From positions 434,001-498,000 of the forward strand of contig MU055785.1 in assembly GCA_013239625.1 (NCBI GenBank): a DNA stretch of 64,000 bases. The letters are read 5' to 3'. Shown piece after piece: positions 36,901 through 49,448 of the stretch; the stretch's first letter is position 1; every line of letters begins with the position of its first letter. The DNA is from Lama guanicoe (Eukaryota). The translations under genes and the position numbers were made by a program. The notes beneath the pieces are model-generated. The model did no database searches, was not told the origin of the DNA, and saw only the letters and a program-made list of their open reading frames with translations.

Positions 36901-39900
36901 CACCGCCACCCACTGTCCAACAGGGACACAGTCAAGAAGGGACTGGACTACTTTAATAACAATGACCTCACCAGCAGAGGGCCCCGCCTCGTACCAGCAA
37001 CTGTGCGGTCACGCGCAGAGGAGGAGGGACACTGGGGAGGGGACTGTAAAATTCTACAAATCATAGTCTAGTCTAAAAAATGCAATTATAGCAGGGTCAA
37101 ATCTCTCACAGTTACTAAGGGGCATGATATCTGTACATATATACACACACATAGATACACACACACACATATACACATGTACATACACAAGTAAGATTTT
37201 CTCTTAGTGACTTGGTTATCCTCGCCTGGAGCCAGTAACCAACAACAGGAGTATTTTTAAGTATCAGGAAAAAACTGTACGGTCATCTGCTTTTTAGTCA
37301 AAGAGGTCTTTCCTGCCACTCCACAGACTCATGGTTTGACCGACGTTACCGCCCACCCACGAAGGGACCGGCAAAGACCTCTTGGTTGACCACGTTCTTC
37401 CGAGGCCACTTACAGACAGCCCCGACCAGACAAAGGCGAGCACGGGCCACAGAGACGGGCACTCACCCGGGCGGCTTCCACGATGGCGCTTTCGAACTCC
37501 CGGTAAGCCTCCCAGATGGCGAGCCCTTTGGTCATGTGCAACCCGACGGACGAGAGAGCCCTTTCAAACACGGAGCGGACTTTCTCAAGGCCGCCTTTCT
37601 GACCGATCCCGCCGACTGAGTACTGGCCGTACTCCAGCCAAATGTTAGGACCTTAAATGAGAGGTGTTCTATTAGTTCAGGGTATGAGACACCCCAACAG
37701 CAAAACTTCTGATGCGTAACAAAAGAAACAAGCCCATCGAGAAAACACTCATTTGTGCAGAAAGGGAAAAGCACGACCAACGAGCAGCCCAGTTTACCTG
37801 CACCCACACCGCAGCCTGGAGAGAACGTCTGTCTTAACCCGCATCCCTACCAGGGATCATCGGTGAGATGTGACTGCACAGACAGTACGTGCCAGGCGGT
37901 AGTATGTAATATGGCTGTGATTACAAAGCTTATCTATTAAAATTGAAGGAAATCAGTGACAGAGTTCAATGAAACTAGTTATGAATCTGAGTCAACCTCC
38001 AGAAAGATTTTAAAGCCTAGAATTTTTCAACTTTTGAATCTTGATTCACTTCTAAGTCTCCTGGCCAAAATGAAACAACAAAATTTAAAGCACCAATCCT
38101 GTTACTAGAAAGCTGTATTTTAAAACTTCAACAACAACAAAGACCTGGTTGCCTTGTTTCTTTCACTTTCTTTTCAAACTTTTTACATACTCACTCCCGC
38201 GGCTTTAGATCAGACTAGTGAACTAAACTCTCTGTGAATGCGTCGATTTTGCTTACTGTACATATTTTGCCTAAGTCACTTTTCAGAGACCTGAAAATAA
38301 TTTCAGATGCCCATACACTAACCTTGCTCAAATAAAAATACTAAAAAGACAAAACCAACGTGAGAATTATTGTCTTCCTGAGGCTTGTTTTTCAATGAAA
38401 TAAGTCTCTTTCAAAGAACGAAGCTAAAGTTAGCTACTTTGTTTTCGCTCAGCAGTCTAACAACTGCCGTATGGGCTGCAAAATAAAAATGGAAATGAAC
38501 TAGCTTGAAGCCCTTGGTGAGGGTTAGCCAAGTTCACGGAGGGTCTGTGAAACAGCTCCTCCTGACAGGTTACATCATGGCTCCTCCCAATATTTAAATT
38601 ATCTACAGAGGGGCAAATATTATGAACAGTTTTATAATTCAGAAAACGCAAGGGTGCAGAGTCCACAATGACTATGAGAGGTAAACAACAGAATGTGTCA
38701 CCAGGTCCCAGGTTCCAAAACTGGCACGAAGCCCCTGCACGAGGCTGCCCCAGAGACCAAGTAACCTGACTTTCGAAATCTTTAAAGATCCAAAGGGCCG
38801 CAGCCAGAACTTATCAATGGTATACTTTTCGCCCCCCAGGTGGCCTGAAATCACTGAGTGCATGCTGAGGAATAAAGGAGGTCTATACTTGGCATCTTCA
38901 CGCGTGCAGAACATAGTTAAAGACAGAAGCAAGCAAAACAAGTGACACCACTCCCATACACTAAAGTTCCGACAGTAACACCACCACCCCTCAGGCCCCC
39001 ATCCCCCACTACTTATGAGACACGATCTAAGAGGCGGGGTTATCTGGCTTCCCGGCCCAAGCAGCCCCGAGGCCCTGGGGGAAGGTGATGGGACACTGAC
39101 AGTAACACTAAGTGACAGCGGAGGCCTGATTGGCAGAGGTGACTGCAGGACCATTAAGGATGGAGAAACATCACTGTCCGGGGAGGCACAAAAGGTCCTT
39201 GGACACAGAGAACTGGTGCTGTTAACGATGGCTCTGTGACATCAGGAAGGGTAACGGGATCGTCAGAAACCCGGGAACAGCACTCAGAACTCTGTCAGAG
39301 ACCCTGTCGCTGCTTCTCCCAAGGGACATGCCCACAGCGGGAGTGAGGAAAGTCAGACAGGGAAGGAGACTTAAAGGAGGGAAATTTTTTTAATATTCTT
39401 AAAAACATTTCACCCACAGCACTGTCTGAGGTAGTCTGCAATGTAATGTGGAGAAACTATTTAGAGACTTATACCATCAACAGGAGAGGGTGACGGGATT
39501 TAACGGAGTAAGTCGTCCACACTTCACTCGCCCTGGTCAAATACCAAGGCCAGCGGACAAGGGGATCTCCGTGGTGATGCAGACTCCGCGCCTTGATGCA
39601 GCAGTAGGATAAAACATCACAGAACTGCACACGCACGGCACCAGGGTCCACTTCCTGGTGCTGGTTTTGTACTATAGTTGTAAGATACTGGAGGAAACTG
39701 AATGAAGTAAATATACAGGACTTCTCTATTATGTCTGCAGGTACCTATAAATCTACAATTATTTCAAACTATAAAGTTTTAAGTTTTTTAACACTGGGGG
39801 GAAAAATTCTGTCCATAACTTCTAAAAATCCACTCAATGTGTAAAAGGGAACCCTTAGCCACCTGGAAATACCATGTAAGCGTTCCGGGCCAGATAAATG

Positions 39901-42900
39901 CCAGGGGCGGCTATACTTACCCACTTCCTCCAAGTGTGTCTTCTACTTGTATTTTAAAACCAAATACCCTCAACTGAAAACCACAGACAGGGATAATAAG
40001 AACCAAGCCCACATCTTTCTCACTGCTGGACGGAGGCTCTTTTCTGGGTGGCAACATCTCACAACACAGAGATGCCCACGACAGCAGAGAAGGGTGGCCC
40101 AGTGACACCCCCAGACTCCCCCAGAGAAGCCCATGGGGACTCACAGATGTAGTCCTGCACCGCTCGCTCGAAGAGGTCGTACACGCGCTCCCTGTCCAGG
40201 CCGTCCAGGGCCATGCTGACCTCGTCCTGCAGCCACTCCAGCCAGAGCTCTGCAAGACAACGGGCCCCGGCGTGAGCGCCCCGTGCCGGAGGGCGGACTG
40301 GGAGGCCTCCTCACGCAGACGCTCCATCCACTTACACAGCTGGGCACAGTCCACGGGAATCCCATCCCTAAAACCCACACCCAGCACACAGGAGGTTTAT
40401 GCTTCCAAGTAAGATCAAATCTCTAAAGTCATAAAAGTCTACACTTGCTGGGCATCTTCTATTTTGCAAAGTACTTTTAGATATATTTTCTCCTTCAGTC
40501 TTTGTCAAGATCCTGCGAGGTGGGTGACATAACATCAGTAACAGTGGCATCAATCAAAGAATTTACAACATGCCAAGTGTGTGGTAAGTGTTGCAGACAG
40601 GAAGCCTCGTTCAACCCATGTGCTACGAGGCAGAAACTACTGTTAGCCCCACTTTACTGCTAGGAAAACTGAGCCTTAGCATGTTTATATAATTTGCTTT
40701 CTATCACACAGCTAGAAAGACATAGAGCGAGGCAATCAGATTTCCACTTCTACATTCAGAGTTACATTCCGGAGTCCTCATGGGAAGGAGCAGGGCCAGA
40801 GCTGAACCTAGGACCTGTGCTTCCCAACCTGTTCCCAGAAGATCAATCAGGGACATTCACGGAGAGTCAGCCACAAAGATGCCCAGTGTAACTATGTTTC
40901 AAATACGCAAGTAAGTAGGCGTAACCTCAATGTCCAACTACTGTGGAACAAATAAGGTAGGAAACACTTAAAAGCTGTCTATCAAAGTTTAGTGATAACA
41001 CATTTACAATGATCTGTTTCTGAGAGAATGGATTAAATACATAAGTACCAGAATGGGAAACAGAAAGGGAACGGGGGGAGTTTAATCACACAGGGACACT
41101 TTATCATAAAAGGCTGGGTTAAAGACATCAGGGCTCAGAGTACTGCACAATCGCAACTATGTTTTGCCAAAAACTGCGAGACGATAAGCTAAGAATCGCT
41201 GACTCTGGGTGATGGATTTTCTTCCTTCCACTAGACTCATATGCTCCACATTTTCTAGAAGGAGCGCGCCCCACTCTCAGCACTGAACAAAACGTACTCC
41301 CCTCGATTCTGTATACGTGACAGCCGCGCGCGCGGGGCGTTACCTTCGGTCAGGGGGAAGATCTCACTCATCTTCTGGCGGGCCGTCCGCACCTTGGCAA
41401 GCTCCCCCTCCAGCCGGAGCAGCCGGATCAGGTCCACGTGGCAGTTGTAGTCGTAGACGTTGATGGACAGCTAAAAGGGCAAGGAACAGAAGCTGACGTG
41501 GAAAACGCCATCAGCAAAATAACTCAGCTTTTTTCACTGCTGGTGACGACACACGTGTCTGCCACCAACACAAAACATGTGCTGTCTGGGGGAGCCACAA
41601 AAGCAGCAATGTGTAACGTGTACCCTCAGGAAGAGGGAGGAAAGTCAATGAAAGGGGCTTCTTATCATAAACATAAAGCTCCCTCAAATCTGCTACAGCT
41701 CCTGTCAGAACACACTTGGGCTCTCTCTGAGATACAGGAGACAGTTCTAATGAAACGTAAACAAACACAAAGTGTGACCTGAGGCAAGTTATTAACTTTT
41801 CTAAGCCTCCATTTCCTCATCTGTAAAATGGGATACACTACTAGCATCTAGCTCATAGGTTCTCGTTGAGAGATTTTGAAAGTCAATTTAGTAACACGCA
41901 TTAGCACCTGCCAGGTACACGAGAGCGCTTTTCTTTTATTAAACAAACAAAAAAATGGAAATCCCTATTGGGAGAAACAAGAATGGCAACCGACTGGTAC
42001 CTGACGAGGCTGAGATCGCTACATAAAGGCTTCATTTTGTATTTCAAATTTTTCAAACTGAAAAGTTAATAAATGAAGATAACTGCTTCAAAAGCTATCA
42101 TATATCTGAGACAAAGGAAAACTAAAAGAATCTGTCACTAGCAGACTTACTCTTAAAGACCAGCTAGAGGAATTTCTTCAAACAGAACGGAAATCTTAGA
42201 GCACCAGGAAGGAAGGAAGGGAGAGCAGAGATGTGTTAAGTACAGGAGATGATCCTTCCCTTCATGAGTTTTCTAAATTGTGTGCAATAACTGAAATAAA
42301 AGTCCTGAGACTATCTGATACCCAAAACAAGGGCATTTAAAAGGAGGAGTGGTAAAGGGGCCTCCATGGGGAAAAGATTTCCACACTTCACTCAGCAGTA
42401 AGAAATAGATACCATGTGAGTCAAATATACTGTAACACTCAAAGCGACCACTGAGCGACTATATAAAGCAATGCTTCAAAATCACTATAAATATAAATCA
42501 AGATGGAATCCTAAAGAATGTTCAAGTAACCCATAGAAAGGAAGGAAAAGAGAAGCAGAAGAACAAGAAAGACAGAAAACAGAAAATAATAAAATGTCAG
42601 GCTTTAGACCTAACATAATAGTCACCTTAATAGTATACAGTCTAAATATACTAATTAAAAGGCAGAGAATGGCAGAGTGTACAAAAACACAACCTAGCTG
42701 TATGCGGATTACAAGAAACTCATATTCAAGGGTGTATGCAGATTCAAAGTGAAAGGATAAGGAAAGATACAGCACGCAAACATTCATCACAAAGAAGCAT
42801 TAGTGCCTATATCAATATCACATAAAGCAGACTTCACAGCAAAGACAATTATCAGAGATAAGGTGGGACAGGACAGGACATAATGATAAAAGGATCAACC

Positions 42901-45900
42901 CACCAGGAAGACAAAACAACCCTAACTGCGTATGCACCAGCCACGAGAATCTCAAAATAGATGCAGCAAAAACTGATGGAGCTAAAAGAAGAAACAGCCT
43001 CATCCACAATAATACTGGGAATTACGGCATCCCCTATTTCAGCAACTAAAGGAACTACCAGATAATCACCCAGGACACAGAAGAATTCAACACCATTAAC
43101 CTGCATTGTCTAATTGATGTACATAGACAACTCCACCCGACAGTAACAAAACACACATTTTTCTCGAATGTCCAAAGAACACTGAGACCATATCCTCGGC
43201 CCTAAAACTAATCTCAACAAACTTAGAAGAAATTAAATCACACAGAGCATGTTTTCTGATAACAACAGAATCAACCTAGAAATCAGTAACAGTAGGAAAA
43301 TCTCTGAACACTTGGAAATTAAATAATACACCTGTAAGTAATGTATGGCTCAAAGAGAGTCTCAAAGACAACTTTAAATCCATACAGCTGAATGAAAATG
43401 AAAATATAGCAAATCAAAATAAGTGGACTGCAGCTAGCACAGGGTGGAGAGGAAAACTTACAGAACGAAATTCATGCACAGGAAGAACGATACCCCACGC
43501 CTACAGGTCTGCAAGCCTAGTTCGGTCTCTGAAAATCAATCACCATATTCCACTGCATCACAGACTAAAGCACAAAAACCATGCTGTCAATTGATAGAGA
43601 AAGTGCATCTGACAAAGTCCAACAACCGTTGACGGTAAAACTCTCAGCAAATTAGGGCTTCACCAAAATTAAAACTTTTTGCTCTGTAAAAGGTTCTGCC
43701 AAGAGGCTGCAAAGACAAGCTACAGACTGGAAAAAGTGTTTATAAACTACGTATCTGACCAAGGACTAATATCTAAACGATGTAACTCCAAACTCAACAG
43801 TAAAAAACAAACCAATTAAAAAGCAGGCAAAAGACAAGAACCAACACGTACATTCAAAGAGGACACAGACGGCAAGCTCAGTGCACAGGAACAGCGTTCG
43901 ACATCTGTAGCTCCAAGGGAAATACCAGCTAAGACCAGAGTTATCATTACACACCTCACAGAATGGCCAAAATGAAAAACAGTGACACCACCAAATGTCA
44001 GAGAAAGATGCTACTGAAAACCTGGATCGCTCCTACATTGCTGATGAGAACGCAAAATGGTACAGCAGCTCCGGAAGACAGTTTGGCAGTTTCTTGTAAA
44101 ATTCAACACACAACCATCGTGTCACCCAGCAAGTGCACCCTTGGGCATTTTTCCAGAGAAATAAAACCTATGTTCACACAAACCCCTCTACAGGAATGTG
44201 CGCGACAGCTGCTCCTGACAGCCAAACCTGGTAACTAACCAGACTTCCTTCCGTGGCTGAATGGTTGGACTAACCGTGGGACACCCACACCACAGATACT
44301 CCTCAGCCCTAATAAGGAACACTGAATAAGCACACGACTCAGATGAATCTTGAGGGAATTATGCTGAATGAGGAAGGCTGATCCCAAACGGTTACATGCT
44401 GTATGATTCCAGTTACATAACATTTTTGAAATGATAAAATCATGGAAGTGGAGAACAGACTAGGGGTTGCTAGAGGTCAGGAACTGTGAAAGGACTTGAG
44501 AACAACTCCTTGTGATGACAGAACTGATCTGTGTTGGTTATATTAACATCAACATGTGGTTTGTAATACCTACTACAGGTTTACAAAAGGTTACCTTTGG
44601 AGGAAACTGGGTAAAGGGTACACAGGATCTGTCTATATTATTTCTTACAACTACAGGGAAACCTACAATTATCTCAAAATGAAACTTTTTTAAACTTTCA
44701 GAAAAAAAAACATGGGGGTATGGAGGTTACATTAAGTCTATACACCAAGATCAGACCAGTATCCACTCTTCTAACATCTGCCATGGCATTTCAGCAGTAT
44801 TTCCCTCTCCAGAGATGACAGAGTGCCTGTACGTCACTCAATTAACACTCCGCCGCCTGACAACAGACCCAGTATTCTAGACGCTAGCTGCCGCACTGAA
44901 GCACACACAGGAGGATTTGTCTTTGCGGGTAGCAAGTCTCAGCAATGAGTTAGACCATGGAACTGACACAGGACGGACAAACGGACCACAAGAACGATGC
45001 AGAGTGCCCGGAAACAGACCCCCGCACACAGAAAATACAGCACAAGCACACATACATCCACCGAATACAGAAGTGGCGCCGGTTACATCCACTGAATCGA
45101 ATTCATGACCCCAGTTTGAAAAACACTGACTGAGGGGAACTCTCATACAGGTTCAAGGGCAGCAGTTTAATAGGAACAATGTTCCTTGTAGTTTGTAATA
45201 AGGAAAAAAAACTGTACACAATTCAAACCCTGGAACAACTGACAGACTCTGGACTCCTCACATGCTGGGGTTCCAAATATTCAGCACGCGACACGGCTGG
45301 ATCTTGGGGACACACTGCTGAGTAAGCAGAACCAGCAAATGACACATCGCACGATACGCTTTTTTAAAAGGTTCAGAAATGTGAAATAGGTAAACAACAA
45401 GGACCTACTACATTGCACAGCGAACCACATTCAATTTCTTACAAGCTACAACGGAAAACAATCTGAAAATATATGTAAACATATGTATGTATATGTATAA
45501 CTGAATTGCTTTGCTGTACACCTGAAACTAACAGTATAATTCAATTACACGTCAATAAAAAATAAAACTTAAATTTAAAAAGAAGCTCAAGGCGGGGAGT
45601 AGGTAGAGCTTAGTGGTAGAGCACCTGCAAAGCATGCACGAGGTCCTGGGTTCAATCCCCAGTGCCTTCATTAAAAAAAATAATAGATGAATAAACCTAA
45701 TTACCCACTCCGAAAAAAGTGGACAATATAGTGCTGAGGGACGCAAACTTAGGTGATACAGTTATACAGAAGGAAGCACACACAATTCAAGGGAGCAGGC
45801 ACCTGGGCTGTAGGAGGGGGCAGGGGGAGGGTCAAGGCAGGGCCATGGAACAGGGGAGAGGCCGGGGGCACAGCGACAGAGGTGATGCAGCTCTCACTCT

Positions 45901-48900
45901 CGGACCGGCCGGAAGAGTAAGGGGTGTTTCTTTCATCACCAGCCTTTACAACGGACAGATGTGAGCTGCTCTGTATGTGTCAAATTACATGCAAAGAGAT
46001 AACAGATAAGCCCACGATCTGTAAATTTTTTTTTTAATTTTAAGACCTTCAGCAATGCTGTCCTGCTCATGATTTATAAACATGAAGGCAGAGCCCACCA
46101 TGATTACGTGATGGGCTGAAAAGGATGGGACCAGGTCGGGACACACATGTTCCAACGTCCACTGGTTCTGTTTCCCCGTCTGTACCCGGCGCTGGAGTTC
46201 TCCTCTGGACCCCAAGCGGCCTGCCGTGACGCACTGATGTCTCAAAATTGACTATCAAGTGCGTCACACAAGTAAAACAGTGAGGTAAGTGAAGATGGTA
46301 AGATGTCCTCTTCTCATGAAGGAGCAGGCTCAGTCCCCCGTCTCCCCACCACTCACAACTCACCTGGGTCCGAATGTGTTTTCTGAGCACAAAGAGGGTG
46401 GGGAGTCCCTCCAAGCCAGCATGAGTGATGTCTGTGCAAGTGCCCTTCATGTGAACACCATGTGTATGAAGGTCACCAGAGTACAGGAACTGTCTCTAAG
46501 ATGCTTTTTGGTCTAAATTTCTGATTTTTAGGCCCAAATAATGAAGATACTACAGATGGAGAGATGCCCCAAGAGTATGGACACTGAATGCACACTGAGA
46601 TGTGCTTAAGGGACCTTCCCAGAGAGGTCGATCAGGGCTGACAGATGAGAACATGCGCCGGTCTATTCTGGTCTCAGAGCATTGTTAACGACAAAGAATG
46701 TTTTCAAGAAAGAGGCAGCTCAGCCAGTGTGCAAAGTGATCTGGGAACTGATTTCCTAACTCCGTAACAGCACAACGTGGCCCTGGCCTGGGGGTGGAGA
46801 AGCAGCAGAGAGGCCTGGGGGAAAGGACACAGGGCTGCAATCACAGGAAAGAGGGGGAGGGAGGAGGGTGCAGGTCCTGACAGAGGACCTACTATGCGCT
46901 GGACTGTGCCCAGAGCTTTACACACATCGTGTCACTTAAGCTCCACAACAGCCCTGGGAGGGAGGCACTGTCACAACTCTCCTTTTACCACCTGGGACAC
47001 CAGGCTCAGAGCGTAGACATAACCTGGAAGGCACTTTTGGTTTCAGGCCACACACACAAAATAGTGGGAAATCTCTGCTTTTGGTACACGGGCAGATACC
47101 ACAACTAATTGCGAGCTTTCGTAAAATACACTCAGGGGTGAGAACTGGAACTCAAAAACACCATGAGGCCGAGCTTTGCACAGGCCTACCTGGAAGCTAT
47201 CCATCCTCATGCTCCACCGTAAGACAAGTTACAGCAGGGACCAGAGGCTGTGGGATTCGGATGAGGTGGGAGGAAGTTTTGGAAAAATTGGAAAAGTCCA
47301 TTTCTGGACCCTAGGACAAAGTGGATAAAGCCAGGCGCTCTTCAATTCACCACCACTCGCCACACCCCATCCTGTGTGGTCCCACCTTCAATGGCTTGAG
47401 GCAGGGAACAGCCAGCCGACCTCTGCCCTGACCCAACCTCCTCACTAGCAAGCGGGGTACCCTCATCAAGGACTTGACCTCTCTGCTTCCAAGCCTCCCC
47501 TACCACGAAAACAGGTAATCCTATTTCCTCTACAGAGTAAGCTCATGGTCCGTTGAAAAGCCCAAGGCCAGAAGTCTGAAGAACAGATTTCTCTCAGGAC
47601 AGGGACACTGTCAGCCTGGCACCTCAAATTACACTGCATTTGCTGACTGAACTTCAGCATGCTTATTCATAAAAAGCAGAAATCTAACCACCTCTGTACC
47701 CCCAACTGGTTCCCCTGACACTCAGATGGCATGACAAGTGGGACAGTTACACCAATCGATGATATCACTGTTGCACAACGTAAAAATATCTCTGCTGCAG
47801 AGGACATTACAAGGAACCTCACACCCAGCAAGTTAAGTGAGAACCCCCAGCTAACAACTTCACATCACTAAGTGACTTCACATCCAGTGTGGTGTTTGGT
47901 CCGCAGACAAAACCTGGACAAGTTCCTATCTCCTTATGAGTGACTTTGAGCAAATCATTTCATCATTCATTCTGAGCTTCGGTTTCCTCATCTGTAACAT
48001 GAGAATATGTTCAAGTTCTCTGTTTGCCCCTCTAAATCCACTCCACCCTCTCTCCCCACTGTCCTGTGCCCCACTGTGTGGACCACATGGATGGGGTCTC
48101 TGGTTCTCTTGCCTGCGGTAGTTTGCCCAGCAGAAGGCACCAGAGGATGCCTGGAGGGAGGAAGAGAGGTAGGTCAGGGTATTTCTTCCCCAACCCCAAT
48201 CCCTGATGGGAACCTGGGGCTGCACCCTTGACCCAAGCTCTCCACTCCTTTCAGATGCCCTATCCACAAAACTGTTCGGAAAACGGGTCACTCCTCTCAC
48301 CTCTTCAAGCCTAAAGGTGGACACAAGACCCTGCTGTTACTAGCCCTGGAATACTGAACCTTCACTCCTGCTATCCCTGCCCTGGACGCAGTAGTCCCTT
48401 TACTTACCTTTCCTCAAACTAGCCTAGTTTAAACGTGTCTAAATTTCCTGCTGGGATCCTTGATGACACGGGAGATACCACCACCTGTATCTCATAAGGT
48501 TACAGATTAGAAATCACAATAGTAGTGCCAGGCACTAGGCTCTAATCACCGCTATGACAATTCCACGTGCGGGAACTGTTTCCCTCAATCTACAGGTGAG
48601 GAAGCCGAGGCTCAGAGAAGTTAAGAAATTCGCCGAAGCACAAGCAGGTGTGGAAAAGCTAGAACTGGGGCCTTAGCCTCCAGACGCTGAAATCTTGACC
48701 TCTGTCTTTCTATTATCATCGTCATGGTCTATATTTTCCCTACCACTCCATTTCTCATCATCGCCGTCATTCCTACAGGCAAGTAACTCTTACCAATAGA
48801 ATTTAATTTCTAGTGCTGGGCACAGTTTAATGGCGTGGCTAAGAGCGGAAGGCCTGGAGTCGGTTCAAAGTTCCAGGCCTGACTCGCTGCTCGCAGGAAG

Positions 48901-49448
48901 TGTAAATCGTGAGCAAGAGTATTTCCTCCACTGGGAGCCCGTTTCCTCCCCTAAAGCGGGAAATACACTCTTTCCTTTACTGGGTCCTTGCGAGGATTCA
49001 AGGGACCGTTATCAATAGTATAATGGTTACAAAAGCACCGGGCCTCGGCGGCTTTATTACCGCCGAGGACCGAGGAGGCGGGCCGGGGCCTGGGAACCTG
49101 AGGGAAGGACCCCGCTGCCCGCCCGGGACCCACCTGCTCCTCCAGCCGCTCTATCTCCAGCTGGTTCTTCTCCTCCTCTTCGTCGTACTCCCATTCGTAC
49201 TCCCCGGGGGAGCTCTCCGCCGAGGAAGCCATGGCGTACTCCTCATCTCCATCGCTCTCACTCACGCCTTCCTCCTGCTGGTCCCACCCTGGCCCCATGG
49301 TCTTGTACGTTGCAGCGGCCACAGCCCGCGATAATACTTTCCTCCTGGTCCTAGCCGCCTTAGCCTCATCTTCCTTTCCCTCGGCCTGGGGCCCGGCCTT
49401 GGACTCAGCCTCCGCTTCTGAAGCCGATGCTGCGGCCGCCGTCGCCAT
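18798..49448 (-). CDS. SART3: Spliceosome-associated factor 3 / U4/U6 recycling protein p110 (SART3/TIP110), 19 coding exons, 2880 nt, 959 aa
   Basis: Acidic N-terminus, HAT repeats, basic NLS, two RRMs (VFVSNLPY/RGYCYVEF; LFVSGLPF/GLAYVEY), C-terminal LSm-binding motif MSNADFAKLLLRK*. All introns GT-AG with consistent phases. Confidence 0.98.
19588..19778 (-). CDS. SART3: SART3 exon 18 (GLAYVEYENE...QMYGA)
   Basis: AG/GT bounded; 191 nt. Confidence 0.95.
20592..20744 (-). CDS. SART3: SART3 exon 17 (VFRYSTALEK...AGKPK), RRM2 N-terminal part
   Basis: AG/GT bounded; 153 nt. Confidence 0.95.
21263..21705 (-). CDS. SART3: SART3 exon 16 (EQPSKRRR...RRM1...HPDFK)
   Basis: AG/GT bounded; 443 nt. 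Confidence 0.94.
23203..23371 (-). CDS. SART3: SART3 exon 15 (AAEKEAALVQ...WGDDEE), basic NLS
   Basis: AG/GT bounded; 169 nt. Confidence 0.95.
23909..23985 (-). CDS. SART3: SART3 exon 14 (GTLEDWDIAV...EQRLK)
   Basis: AG/GT bounded; 77 nt. Confidence 0.95.
24336..24464 (-). mobile_element. tRNA-derived SINE (Vic-1-like) with 10-bp TSD
   Basis: TSD TCAAATGATA at 24326-24335 and 24465-24474. Confidence 0.87.
25051..25163 (-). CDS. SART3: SART3 exon 13 (AHGDTQHCRK...MERTE)
   Basis: AG/GT bounded; 113 nt. Confidence 0.95.
25768..26978. mobile_element. hAT-Charlie DNA transposon fossil (Charlie1-like)
   Basis: Degenerate termini (CGGTGGATCTCCAAG... / ...TTTGAGAATTGCCG) and transposase-like remnants (KEYPQLSEK..LLP). 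Confidence 0.65.
27689..27798 (-). CDS. SART3: SART3 exon 12 (ARLCNNMQKA...YYNLE)
   Basis: AG/GT bounded; 110 nt. Confidence 0.95.
28724..28782 (-). CDS. SART3: SART3 exon 11 (RFNESGDPSCLIMQNWARIE)
   Basis: AG/GT bounded; 59 nt. Confidence 0.95.
28906..28983 (-). CDS. SART3: SART3 exon 10 (DSSKELEELR...QEVDE)
   Basis: AG/GT bounded; 78 nt. Confidence 0.95.
29053..29076. other. Assembly gap inside a poly(T) tract (SART3 intron 9)
   Basis: 24 Ns flanked by T runs. Confidence 0.97.
29737..29844 (-). CDS. SART3: SART3 exon 9 (VTFEKALSAG...VDFKQ)
   Basis: AG/GT bounded; 108 nt. Confidence 0.95.
30327..30465 (-). CDS. SART3: SART3 exon 8 (DRQLKVKDLV...HRVIS)
   Basis: AG/GT bounded; 139 nt. Confidence 0.95.
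31177..31332 (-). CDS. SART3: SART3 exon 7 (LQAEAPRLAEY...YSQYL)
   Basis: AG/GT bounded; 156 nt. Confidence 0.95.
32400..34600 (+). mobile_element. Fragmented old L1 (L1M/L1ME) in SART3 intron 6
   Basis: ORF1/ORF2 remnants (PKLIYRFNAI, ESPETDPH), 3'UTR-like tail. Confidence 0.75.
34867..34991 (-). CDS. SART3: SART3 exon 6 (DMEATFAEYEEW...YEEAL)
   Basis: AG/GT bounded; 125 nt. Confidence 0.95.
36231..36282 (-). CDS. SART3: SART3 exon 5 (LEKVHSLFRRQLAIPLY)
   Basis: AG/GT bounded; 52 nt. Confidence 0.95.
37467..37651 (-). CDS. SART3: SART3 exon 4 (CPNIWLEYGQY...EAAR)
   Basis: AG/GT bounded; 185 nt. Confidence 0.95.
40145..40249 (-). CDS. SART3: SART3 exon 3 (ELWLEWLQDE...QDYI)
   Basis: AG/GT bounded; 105 nt. 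Confidence 0.95.
41344..41470 (-). CDS. SART3: SART3 exon 2 (LSINVYDYNCH...PLTE)
   Basis: AG/GT bounded; 127 nt. Confidence 0.95.
42070..44690 (+). mobile_element. Fragmented old L1 (L1M) in SART3 intron 1
   Basis: A-rich ORF1-end, endonuclease and ORF2 C-terminal motifs, L1MB/MC-type 3'UTR. Confidence 0.8.
45385..45565 (+). mobile_element. L1 3' end (cetartiodactyl-type)
   Basis: AAACAACAAGGACCTACT...TGTACACCTGAAACTAACA...AATAAAA. Confidence 0.7.
45593..45718 (+). mobile_element. tRNA-derived SINE (Vic-1-like)
   Basis: Same head and AAACCTAATTACC tail as the other copies. Confidence 0.83.
49134..49448 (-). CDS. SART3: SART3 exon 1 (MATAAAAS...RLEEQ)
   Basis: ATG 49448; donor CAG|GTGGGT; 315 nt. 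Confidence 0.96.
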